DNA of 10,773 nucleotides from Oligoflexales bacterium (GCA_045105515.1 JBGCDR010000048.1:1-10773); one strand, 5' to 3'; counted from the first letter of the stretch, positions 1 through 7,557 are shown. The notes: a model not told the origin generated them from the sequence alone. Numbers and translations: made by a program.

Positions 1-94
1 CGCAGCTTCTTCAAAGTTAAGAGTCAGAATTGATAAGCTTCGTGATGAAATAGGTTACGCAGCAGCAGGTCTTTGGAACTATAAAATAACATAA
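1..94 (+). CDS. 3' end of a hypothetical protein, truncated by the window edge
   Basis: The frame starting at base 2 is open to TAA at 92-94 (AASSKLRVRIDKLRDEIGYAAAGLWNYKIT*). It is protein-like and co-oriented with the downstream operon, but too short to assign. Confidence 0.4.
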   Translation, partial: AASSKLRVRIDKLRDEIGYAAAGLWNYKIT

Positions 95-241
95 ATTAAG
101 CTACCAAAGGGTTTTATCAATTGTTAGACAACTCTACTGGAGGAGCCTCAGGAGCTGGGTCCGTCGCTATCAGGAAAATCTAGTCGTTTCTTCATAACAG
201 TTCATAAATACTTAATTTTCAGGGCAGCAAAGGAGGCGTCT

Positions 242-1786
242 ATGGGTAATCAATACCCAAATAATAAGGACCAATTTAGTAAGCACTCTTCTTCCCAACC
301 TGATGCAACAGCACAAGCTGTCAATGAAATGCTCCAAGAGTTTGTTATGGCCAGTAGTCTTGGGTTTTGGGTGCTCATCAAATCAATATTTTCGAAGTGG
401 TTTGCTATCACACTTGCGCTACTTGGTGGTGGGCTTTACTACACATTTGAAATTGCTAAAGTTGGAGGTCACTTAGTTTGGTTGCAAAATTCGGACCCAA
501 AACTATTCACCTATGATCGATTAGAATGGGCTTGGAAGATTTCCGTCTTGTATCATTGGATTTTCCTTTACATGCTATTCCTGACACCTATCGTTCTCAT
601 TCTAGGAATTGCTACACGAGCCACAAGAACCAAATATAAGAGGCTTTTTGAAACTATAGGTCTAACAAATGGTCATAAAGATACACCGAAGCTGATTCGA
701 ATAAAGAAGCATGATCGCTACCGAGTAAGTTACTTTTTCGATGGGAATGGCATTGGCCTCTCAGAGTTTGAGGATAAAAAAGAAAGGTTAGAAACAACCT
801 TCCGATCCAATGTAGAGAGTATCAAACATGGAAAAAATAAGTCTCAAGTGGTCATAACCTTCAACAAGCAATCTTTTCCCGAAAAAGTTAAGTACACAGA
901 TATTGCAGGCTCTCATATTTTGTCAAAAGAGAGCTTTTTCGTTGGACAGTCTTCAGAAGGCGTTATCACCCAGGAGGTTGGCGAATTACCCCACATGCTG
1001 ATTGCAGGGACTACTGGTGGTGGAAAGTCAGTTGCCTTCAAGCAGATTTTGATGGGTTTACTTGAATCATCTCCACATTTACAGGTGTATCTCATCGATC
1101 TTAAAGGTGGAGTCGAAATGATCGACTTTGTGAAATGTCCTAATGTCAGGGTAGTCAAGACCATGGACAAAGCAGTGGAACTACTTCGTCAAGTCGAAAG
1201 GGAAATGAAGGACCGATTTAAATACCTTGAAGCCAAGAGTCGTAAGCAAATTATACCTGAAAGAGATGGTAAAGACCGGATTGTGCTTGGGGTAGATGAA
1301 TGCTCTGTACTGTATATGAATCGTAATCGCTTCGATACTGATTACGAAGCCTCACTTGAAGCTAGGCGGTTAGCAGACTCGATAGCCAAGTTGAGCCGAG
1401 CTGCCTCAATACATATGATCTTGGCCACTCAAAAATTGGATCGTCAGGTTCTCCCAACTTCTGTATCTGAAAACATCTCAGGTAGATTAGCGTTTCGGGC
1501 AAACTCTTTACAGGGAAGTTTAGTTGTTCTTGGCACAAAAGATGCCAATGAGCTTCCTGAAGTCCCTGGAAGGGCAATCTGGGCGTTTGGAACAAGGAAA
1601 ATGATCGTTCAAGCTCCTTTCATTGATGAAAAGACCATAAAAAGTCGATGCGAGGCCATAGTGTCTTTACACCAGGCGGGGAAAAAGAAATTACTTTCTC
1701 CGATGCTGGGAGAAGCGGATCAGGAACAAGTTAAGAAAGCTGCTGACGTAGCTTATCTTGGTGTAAAGGAGCCTCATGAAGCGTAA
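242..1786 (+). CDS. FtsK/SpoIIIE-family ATPase with N-terminal transmembrane segments (putative DNA translocase or coupling protein)
   Basis: PHMLIAGTTGGGKS (Walker A), IDLKGGVE, IVLGVDE (Walker B), SRAASIHMILATQK, and LPEVPGRAI. Hydrophobic segments lie at about aa 35-70 and 100-125. RBS AAGGAGG precedes ATG 242. Confidence 0.92.
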   Translation: MGNQYPNNKDQFSKHSSSQPDATAQAVNEMLQEFVMASSLGFWVLIKSIFSKWFAITLALLGGGLYYTFEIAKVGGHLVWLQNSDPKLFTYDRLEWAWKISVLYHWIFLYMLFLTPIVLILGIATRATRTKYKRLFETIGLTNGHKDTPKLIRIKKHDRYRVSYFFDGNGIGLSEFEDKKERLETTFRSNVESIKHGKNKSQVVITFNKQSFPEKVKYTDIAGSHILSKESFFVGQSSEGVITQEVGELPHMLIAGTTGGGKSVAFKQILMGLLESSPHLQVYLIDLKGGVEMIDFVKCPNVRVVKTMDKAVELLRQVEREMKDRFKYLEAKSRKQIIPERDGKDRIVLGVDECSVLYMNRNRFDTDYEASLEARRLADSIAKLSRAASIHMILATQKLDRQVLPTSVSENISGRLAFRANSLQGSLVVLGTKDANELPEVPGRAIWAFGTRKMIVQAPFIDEKTIKSRCEAIVSLHQAGKKKLLSPMLGEADQEQVKKAADVAYLGVKEPHEA

Positions 1787-2513
1787 AATTAAAAATATTT
1801 ACATGGATAACCGGGATGTAGAGTTACTTCATTACCTCTTTAAGGTAAAAGTTGCCTCCTGTCAGCAAATTCACCGAGATATTTATAATGATATATGCTT
1901 TGGAGCTGCTGGTAACAGAATTAGGCGTCTTCAAGACAATAAGTTTATCGAAATAGGGCATAATCGGCTTATTCATCATGGGAAGAGAACTGTATGGCTG
2001 AAAAAACCTGGTTTCGAGGAGTTCGTTAGAAGCGGAAACGAAATGAGAATTGAGCTAAAAAGCGATTCAATCAATCATGATCTTGTTTTGGTTGATATTC
2101 GTCGAAAATTTTTAGATGCACCTACAACCAAACGATACAGAACAGAAAATGAAATTCAAACTTGGGGAGGGAGTGAAAAGCAACTCAATAGTGACGCTAT
2201 TGTCTCTATGCAAATTCAAACAGTAATACTTGATATTCCCATAGAGTATGAGAGGTCTCCCAAACTGAAGCAGCGTTTTGAAAATATGGTGAAGCGCTAC
2301 TATCAGAAAAGTGATTACCCTCTTGTTTTTGTATTGGCAGAAACACAAGCAGCCATTGAGGCTATTAAGCATTGTGAGCAGGAACTGTTTCCTCGAAAAA
2401 AAACAAAATTTTTCTATTCTAGCGTCGATGAATTACTCAGTACCGAATCACCCAAACTTTTCAATTGTCACGGAAGCTTCTTCGATTTGATGCAAAGAAC
2501 AGATGATGTCTAA
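1776..2513 (+). CDS. Replication-relaxation family (Replic_Relax / MOBC-like) relaxase
   Basis: N-terminal winged helix (RDVELLHYL...QIHR...RIRRLQDNKFI), an HDL motif, and a restriction-endonuclease-like SDAIV...IEYERSPK...YY core. It overlaps the FtsK stop by 11 nt and has an AAGGAG RBS. Confidence 0.8.
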   Translation: MKRKIKNIYMDNRDVELLHYLFKVKVASCQQIHRDIYNDICFGAAGNRIRRLQDNKFIEIGHNRLIHHGKRTVWLKKPGFEEFVRSGNEMRIELKSDSINHDLVLVDIRRKFLDAPTTKRYRTENEIQTWGGSEKQLNSDAIVSMQIQTVILDIPIEYERSPKLKQRFENMVKRYYQKSDYPLVFVLAETQAAIEAIKHCEQELFPRKKTKFFYSSVDELLSTESPKLFNCHGSFFDLMQRTDDV

Positions 2514-2526
2514 ACCAATTTTAACT

Positions 2527-2581
2527 TATGGGTACCCATACCCTTAAAATTCCAAATAATCCAAATATATTAGAATTTTAA
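2527..2581. repeat. Palindrome, inverted-repeat and direct-repeat cluster (candidate oriT or operator)
   Basis: Perfect 14-bp palindrome TATGGGTACCCATA (2527-2540); 9-bp inverted repeat TTAAAATTC/GAATTTTAA (2544-2552, 2573-2581); direct repeat TCCAAATA (2551-2558, 2560-2567). The repeats are seen directly; their function is inferred. Confidence 0.6.
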
Positions 2582-2613
2582 TAATCGTTTCGTATTCCTT
2601 TCTGACTGCTGTA

Positions 2614-2643
2614 TTGACCAATTTTCAGCTCTTTACTTATAGC
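2614..2643 (+). promoter_or_regulatory. Possible sigma70-type promoter for the 2671 gene
   Basis: TTGACC (2614-2619), 18-nt spacer, TATAGC (2638-2643). The -10 match is weak. Confidence 0.25.
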
Positions 2644-2670
2644 ACTTTATTCTCAGCTAGGAGAACATAT

Positions 2671-3060
2671 ATGGACTCACCAATTATTACCAAGCAATCG
2701 TCCAAATCATCATCAACTAACTCCATTCCTATCCGTATTTCTCGCTCTACGGCCCGGCACCTCCGCTCAATCCTAGGCAAATGTAATCGTAAATCTTACG
2801 GTCGCAAGGTTAAAGCTGACGACGTTCTTAGGCAAGCCCTGGAAGAGCTGACAGATGCTCACATTGAAGAAATTAGGCAGTCAAGCTATTCAAGCCAGGA
2901 TCGCCTTGAAATCGAATTCAAAAAATATTGCAAGAATCATGGAGCAATTTCAAAAGACAAATTTCTTTCAATGCTTCTAAAAAACGGTCTCCCAGAGGTT
3001 GCAGTAGCGGAGTTAGGGAAAATTGAGCATGTTTCGCAGCACGATCATAATCCCGTTTAA
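2671..3060 (+). CDS. Small basic hypothetical protein, possibly a ribbon-helix-helix-like DNA-binding or relaxosome accessory protein (129 aa)
   Basis: ATG 2671 follows AGGAGA and is preferred over the TTG at 2614. SIPIRISRSTARHLRSIL...ADDVLRQALEEL has an alternating beta-strand followed by two helices, reminiscent of RHH proteins. Confidence 0.6.
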   Translation: MDSPIITKQSSKSSSTNSIPIRISRSTARHLRSILGKCNRKSYGRKVKADDVLRQALEELTDAHIEEIRQSSYSSQDRLEIEFKKYCKNHGAISKDKFLSMLLKNGLPEVAVAELGKIEHVSQHDHNPV

Positions 3061-3077
3061 ATTTAGAAGGACACTTT

Positions 3078-3830
3078 ATGAACCAAGATTACAATGTCAA
3101 GTTCGGTGATATATGGAAAATGGGGAATCATAGTCTCCTTTGTGGTGATAGCACAGAATCAGCTATGATTGATGCATTCTTAGATGGGCATCAGCCGAAG
3201 CTATGCGTAACGGACCCTCCTTATGGAGTTTCATACAAATCAAAGCTTACAACAAATGGCCTTTATCAACTAAAGGTCCGAAACGACCAAGTTATTAGTT
3301 GGGGTAGCTCCTTTAAACTTTCAAACTCAAAGGTAATATACGTTTGGTTTTCATTTAAGCATTATGATGTTGTTGCAAAGTCGGTTCAGAATGCAGGCTA
3401 CGATATTAAACAAATGATCGTTTGGAAGAAGCCTCATTTTTCATTGCAAAGGCACCTCTATCATCTTCAACATGAACAGTGCCTAGTCTGCATTCGCCAC
3501 GACGTAAAAACCTCGAATACGTGGACGGGGGATCGCAGGCAGACATCTATTTGGGAAGTAGATTCAGTAAACTTTCGAAAAAGAATCCACCCAACTGAAA
3601 AGCCGGTTGGGGTGTACACGATTCCTATTGAAAATCATACTCTCGAAGGTGACTCGGTAGTCGATCTTTTTGCCGGTTCTGGTGCTATTTTTGAAGCAGC
3701 TGAACGGACAGGTAGGCAGGGCCTAGGTGTGGAGCTTTGTCCTCAAGCATCCTCTCGAATTCTTAAACGTATGGCTCATCTAGGGCTAGAAATTACTCGT
3801 GAATCCAATCTGTTTGAGTTCAGGAATTGA
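3078..3830 (+). CDS. Orphan DNA methyltransferase, N6-adenine/N4-cytosine, beta class
   Basis: GDIWKMGNHSLLCGDS and catalytic motif IV TDPPY precede HPTEKP and the SAM-binding motif I VVDLFAGSG. No restriction endonuclease is adjacent. Confidence 0.92.
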   Translation: MNQDYNVKFGDIWKMGNHSLLCGDSTESAMIDAFLDGHQPKLCVTDPPYGVSYKSKLTTNGLYQLKVRNDQVISWGSSFKLSNSKVIYVWFSFKHYDVVAKSVQNAGYDIKQMIVWKKPHFSLQRHLYHLQHEQCLVCIRHDVKTSNTWTGDRRQTSIWEVDSVNFRKRIHPTEKPVGVYTIPIENHTLEGDSVVDLFAGSGAIFEAAERTGRQGLGVELCPQASSRILKRMAHLGLEITRESNLFEFRN

Positions 3831-3851
3831 ATTAGATCAAAGGATCAATTA

Positions 3852-4145
3852 ATGAATCCAAAAGATAAAAGACCCAATATTAAAGATAAAAGTGATTGCA
3901 GTGTTGATTATTCTCGTGGTGATAGGCGAAACTCCGATCAGAGTATGGGCGATGGGGCATCGTCAACGTTCTTTGACAACTACATAACTATGCAGGAACT
4001 GCTTTTCATGTTGAAAGGCCGGTATTCTCGCTCAACCATCGACAGATGGAGGCAAAGGGGAATGCCGTGCCGCAGGTTGAACGGAGGAAGACTCTGGTTT
4101 CCTAAAAAAGAAGTCCTTAAATGGATAGAGAGGAACTATCAATGA
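3852..4145 (+). CDS. Excisionase / recombination directionality factor (HTH_17/MerR-like winged helix)
   Basis: ITMQELL...YSRSTIDRWRQRGMPCRRLNGGRLWFPKKEVLKWI. Its stop overlaps the integrase start (ATGA, 4142-4145). Confidence 0.85.
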   Translation: MNPKDKRPNIKDKSDCSVDYSRGDRRNSDQSMGDGASSTFFDNYITMQELLFMLKGRYSRSTIDRWRQRGMPCRRLNGGRLWFPKKEVLKWIERNYQ

Positions 4146-5257
4146 GTGTAATCCGCACAAAATCTAAAACCAATCCTTGGAAAGCAGAAGCTTGGTTCAA
4201 TAACAAGCGTATTAAGAGTAAGTCCTTCCCAACCAAAAGAGAAGCAGAGCTTTGGAAAAAGCAGTACGTGTCGCAACTAGTCTCAAGTCCGAGCCAAAAA
4301 AAGAATGAGGACAGCAGGACTTTCGATGATCTTCTTGAACGATACCAGCGAGACCACTTGCCTACCATTAGGATAGAAACTGCTCGGAGATATGAAGTTG
4401 ATATCAATTATAGAATCAGGCCATTTTTTCAATACCTAAAGCTAACTGCAATCACCCCAGATCTGATTGAAGAATTTAGGGCAACTTTGCTAAGAGGGGA
4501 CCTTGCTCCGAAATCTGTCAACAACAGCACAGATCTTCTGAGATCTATTTTCAATAAAGCTCTTAAATGGGGTTGGATTGATAAGACGCCTTTTAAAATT
4601 GACAGGATCAAGGTTGGCTACCAGCCTTACAACTGGTGGAAAGACCGGGATCAGGTCAGGGCTTTCATTGAAGTCGTTCGTGGTGACCGATACGAAGCTG
4701 CTTACCGCCTTGGTGTTGAATATGGTCTACGCTTAGCTGAGATTATTGGGCTATCAAAGCAAGATGTCAGCTTTGATCTAGGGAGAGTTCACGTCCATCG
4801 TCAGTGGATTGATAAGCAAAGAAGCTACGGGCCGCCAAAGCACAACAAGGATCGATATTTGAGCTTTGATCCTGATTCAGATTTTGGGAGGGCGCTTAGG
4901 AGCGCTGTGGATGCGAGTCCACATCCTGAGGCGATATTCGTAACGAGGAATGGAGCTAGAGTGCTTAATCGGAAGCTAGCATCTGACCTATTCCAATACA
5001 AGGTGAGGTCTGCTGGCCTGCCCATGATTAGGTTCCACGATTTGAGACATACTTTTGCGAGTTGGTTTATGATACAAAATGGCGATATCTGGAAGCTGAT
5101 GAACTTGCTTGGGCATTCGAGTATTAAGACCACTATGCGCTATGCTCACCACTCAGGTAAGAAACAAGAAGCTCCAAATCTCGATTGGGGAGAAGGCCGA
5201 AGTCTGTCAGTTAAGCAGCCCCGCCTATTCCCCGCTCATTCTTTGTCAGAGGTCTAA
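4142..5257 (+). CDS. Tyrosine recombinase / phage-type integrase (Int1)
   Basis: Full catalytic set: GLRLAE (R), PKHN (K), FHDLRH (H-x-x-R), LGHS (H), RYAH (Y), plus an N-terminal arm-binding-like domain. ATG 4142 has a GAGGA RBS and is coupled to xis. Confidence 0.95.
   Translation: MSVIRTKSKTNPWKAEAWFNNKRIKSKSFPTKREAELWKKQYVSQLVSSPSQKKNEDSRTFDDLLERYQRDHLPTIRIETARRYEVDINYRIRPFFQYLKLTAITPDLIEEFRATLLRGDLAPKSVNNSTDLLRSIFNKALKWGWIDKTPFKIDRIKVGYQPYNWWKDRDQVRAFIEVVRGDRYEAAYRLGVEYGLRLAEIIGLSKQDVSFDLGRVHVHRQWIDKQRSYGPPKHNKDRYLSFDPDSDFGRALRSAVDASPHPEAIFVTRNGARVLNRKLASDLFQYKVRSAGLPMIRFHDLRHTFASWFMIQNGDIWKLMNLLGHSSIKTTMRYAHHSGKKQEAPNLDWGEGRSLSVKQPRLFPAHSLSEV
5219..5240 (+). repeat. Tandem 11-bp direct repeat, putative integrase arm-type sites (left arm)
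   Basis: CCCCGCCTATT / CCCCGCTCATT, inside the 3' end of int1 and about 45 bp from the att core. Confidence 0.55.
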
Positions 5258-5285
5258 TTTTCTAAATTATTCAATGATATTAGGA

Positions 5286-5312
5286 TGGTGGAGGCGGCGG
5301 GGATCGAACCCG
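5286..5312 (-). other. ssrA: att core: 3'-terminal fragment of tmRNA (T-arm, 3' acceptor strand, CCA); not an intact gene
   Basis: The minus strand reads CGGGTTCGATCCCCGCCGCCTCCACCA: TTCGA T-loop, acceptor strand CGCCTCC-A-CCA with the U70/A73 alanine identity, complementary to the usual tmRNA 5' end GGGGGCG. Similarity stops abruptly at 5313 within the T-stem. Confidence 0.8.
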
Positions 5313-5409
5313 AAAAGTGGGTGGCGTTGAGAGTAAAGAAAACAGGTATTTATCCAATAAGCTTAAGATGTTTGACTTGTTTATAGTTGTTAGCTTTAAC
5401 ATATAGTAA

Positions 5410-5483
5410 TCACATATGATCACTGTTTTCACGTCGTATTCACATCATCTGTTTGCTTGGGTTGCACTAACCGCTGCACTTAG
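5410..5483 (+). repeat. Phased TCAC repeats plus a TGCACT direct repeat, putative Xis and arm-type sites (right arm)
   Basis: TCAC at 5410, 5420, 5429 and 5440 (spacing 10, 9, 11). TGCACT at 5463-5468 and 5475-5480 (12-bp period). Confidence 0.55.
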
Positions 5484-5602
5484 TTTTGCGGAGCAGAGCA
5501 AATAGTTAACATAGAAAATCTTCGCGGGTGAGTTTAACCATCAGACAGCCTTGTAGTGAAGAGCTAATACAATGGCTTGGCTGGTTTCAAGCAGAAATAT
5601 TG

Positions 5603-6334
5603 TCAAGATGTGGGGATGCCAATTTGCACCAAGGTAGACCTCGTATCAGATAATCCTGCAAGATAAACCTTTGCAACAGTCTCTGAAGAAGGAACGAGAT
5701 TAGCAATTTGGGTCTTAGTGAGCAACACACATTTAGGAAAATTCTTTGGGAAGTCTGGTTGCATCCTCCAGCAATCTAAATATCTTAAAAATATATCATT
5801 TAAGTCGTCAATATCTCGGCGGACTTTGACCGTGGTGGTCCCTGGGAAAAAGTCAGAAAGGTATTCAGCCAATTGGACGTAAGAAATCCAAATATCCCAT
5901 GTAGCCTCAACCGGTCTAACAGGTAGTGCGCCCAATATTACTTGCAGGTCTTCTAAACAGAGATGATGAGACTTCTCGATGATCTCAAGAAATAAAAGAG
6001 CTTCACGCTCTTTAAGTTTGGCGAGTTCTTTTATTTTGGAAAATAGAGTAACTGAAAAGTCTATCTGATCCTCACTTATGTTGTGCAAAATCTCATAAAA
6101 TCTTGCAGAAAATTCACGATAACCCTTGCTAATCCAATCTTGGCAAGTTTCCGAAATTAAGGCTAAGGCATTTTCAAACTCCTCAGACTTCCTCATTCTT
6201 GATGCAGAACTCATGTTGAAAACACTGAAAAGTATAGATCTGTCACAATAAATTAAAGATGGATTGAGAAGTCCTTGTAAAAGACGCCATTGTCTATTTT
6301 TTTTACAATTCTTTTTAGTATCTGGGTTTCCCAT
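5603..6334 (-). CDS. Hypothetical protein (about 243 aa) with a probable C-terminal winged HTH (HTH_11/DeoR-like)
   Basis: ATG at 6334 follows a GAGGGG RBS; the ORF is open up to 6418. WISYVQLAEYLSDFFPGTTTVKVRRDIDDLN resembles the 'LAe.l.vS.rTIrRDi..L' HTH pattern. Confidence 0.6.
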   Translation of the reverse strand: MGNPDTKKNCKKNRQWRLLQGLLNPSLIYCDRSILFSVFNMSSASRMRKSEEFENALALISETCQDWISKGYREFSARFYEILHNISEDQIDFSVTLFSKIKELAKLKEREALLFLEIIEKSHHLCLEDLQVILGALPVRPVEATWDIWISYVQLAEYLSDFFPGTTTVKVRRDIDDLNDIFLRYLDCWRMQPDFPKNFPKCVLLTKTQIANLVPSSETVAKVYLAGLSDTRSTLVQIGIPTS

Positions 6335-6598
6335 AGGAACAACCCCTCTAAACTCTCCACACCTAAATTCAAGATGGTTAGAGTACAACTGAAGAACCAT
6401 ACACATCCTCACATTCAAAAATTAAAACACCGGCTGTTGATGTGTAGTTTAAAAGAAATTTAAGGTCAAGACTAAAATTGTATAAATGCCGTATAAGCCA
6501 ATCTGCCATTTATGGTGGATTTCATAAAACTTTTAGGTTGTTCTTTTATGAGATCGAGTTTAGTATCCGGCTGTATTTTTAAACTGTATGGTAAGCTT

Positions 6599-7555
6599 AT
6601 GAAAAATGCCTTATTTGAAAAAGTTGCTCAGAAAATGCACAAAGAAGGTTGGAGCTTTGCAGATCTAGCTAGCAATTTAAAAATTTCAACAAGAAGTGCC
6701 TATGATTTAGACAGACGCCCTCCCCACCCCAATAGGTCTAGCAAGCTATACAAGAAAATTTTTGATTTCTTGGAAATTGATGCTCAAGATAGGTTGGTTA
6801 TCCAGAACGAAATGTTATCCTTTCTTCAGTTCAAGAAAACCTTAAATCCTCACTTCTTGCACCAGGATTTATTTGATGCATTGTTTCCATTTGCAGATTA
6901 TGGACTGTGTAAATTTTTTAAGATGATTGATGATGACAGTATTTTTAGATTGAAGGAGAAGCAACTACTTCTTTGCCTTCTTTGCAGTGTAGATAAAAAT
7001 ATTTTTGAAAAGATAAATTCAAAAGACAGCATAAAATATTTGACTCTACAGTTGTCAAAAATAGAATACCCGAAGCTTTTTGGACCTGGTATTACAAGTG
7101 AACACTCCAAGGTGTATGACTACGAAATTAATTTTTCAGAAAATTCCTATTCAACTATGAATCAAGTTTTGAACTCTGTTAGCCTAAGATCACAGCTAAA
7201 TATTCATGTTAAAAATCATCTTGAAGAGATCAACCTACAAGAGGACGGTACTTTAGTAATTAAAGTAAGCGATATTAGTGAGACCTATGCATTTAAGAGG
7301 TTCGATGATAAATGTCAGCTTCACAGTAAGTCCGGCGATATATACAATCAAGACAAAGATACCGATCTAGAAAAAATCATAAGTGCATTAAAATCCAACC
7401 CACAACTGACAAATAGTATTAAATCTATTTTAGAATTTGACTCTAGATTAGTAGTAAAAGTTGGGAAAATGTATCATGATCTTGCCGAGACTAAAGAACT
7501 TCTTCCAGTAGTAGAATCTCTGATTAGCTCGTATAGAAAATCAACTTCTAAATAA
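6599..7555 (+). CDS. XRE/Cro-like HTH protein with a long unrecognised C-terminal region (about 318 aa)
   Basis: MKNALFEKVAQKMHKEGWSFADLASNLKISTRSAYDLDR...LYKKIFDFLEI fits an HTH_3-like domain. The start is probably ATG 6599 (ORF open from 6512). Confidence 0.7.
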   Translation: MKNALFEKVAQKMHKEGWSFADLASNLKISTRSAYDLDRRPPHPNRSSKLYKKIFDFLEIDAQDRLVIQNEMLSFLQFKKTLNPHFLHQDLFDALFPFADYGLCKFFKMIDDDSIFRLKEKQLLLCLLCSVDKNIFEKINSKDSIKYLTLQLSKIEYPKLFGPGITSEHSKVYDYEINFSENSYSTMNQVLNSVSLRSQLNIHVKNHLEEINLQEDGTLVIKVSDISETYAFKRFDDKCQLHSKSGDIYNQDKDTDLEKIISALKSNPQLTNSIKSILEFDSRLVVKVGKMYHDLAETKELLPVVESLISSYRKSTSK

Positions 7556-7557
7556 TG

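Larger units (their letters stand above)
1..5312. mobile_element. Element A: integrative, probably mobilizable element (FtsK-type ATPase, relaxase, MTase, xis, int); left end outside the window
   Basis: Co-oriented FtsK/relaxase/MTase/xis/int genes. The integrase stop lies 28 bp from a tmRNA 3'-end fragment. Confidence 0.8.

Noticed and set aside
913..2372. Minus-strand ORFs 913-1170, 1362-1595 and 2112-2372
   Set aside because: They are short antisense shadows of well-supported genes and have no recognisable motifs.
2506..2547. 13-codon ORF MSKPILTYGYPYP overlapping the relaxase stop
   Set aside because: It is too short, has no convincing RBS, and its sequence is explained by the palindrome.
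2614..2670. TTG start extension of the 148-aa ORF
   Set aside because: ATG 2671 has a strong AGGAGA RBS, and the TTG coincides with a possible -35 box.
4117..5133. Minus-strand ORFs 4117-4407, 4429-4611 and 4825-5133
   Set aside because: They are antisense shadows of int1.
5109..5330. 73-aa ORF ending WWRRRGSNPKSGWR
   Set aside because: It overlaps int1 out of frame, and WWRRRGSNP is simply the antisense translation of the tmRNA 3' end.
5286..5650. Intact tmRNA or tRNA-Ala gene
   Set aside because: Similarity ends at 5312 within the T-stem. I found no matching 5' acceptor strand (GGGGGCG on the minus strand) at tRNA or tmRNA distance.
5258..7557. Invertible segment, shufflon or integron cassette array between the two integrases
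   Set aside because: I saw no inverted terminal repeats or attC-like sites. Both enzymes are xis-associated phage-type integrases rather than IntI or Rci type.
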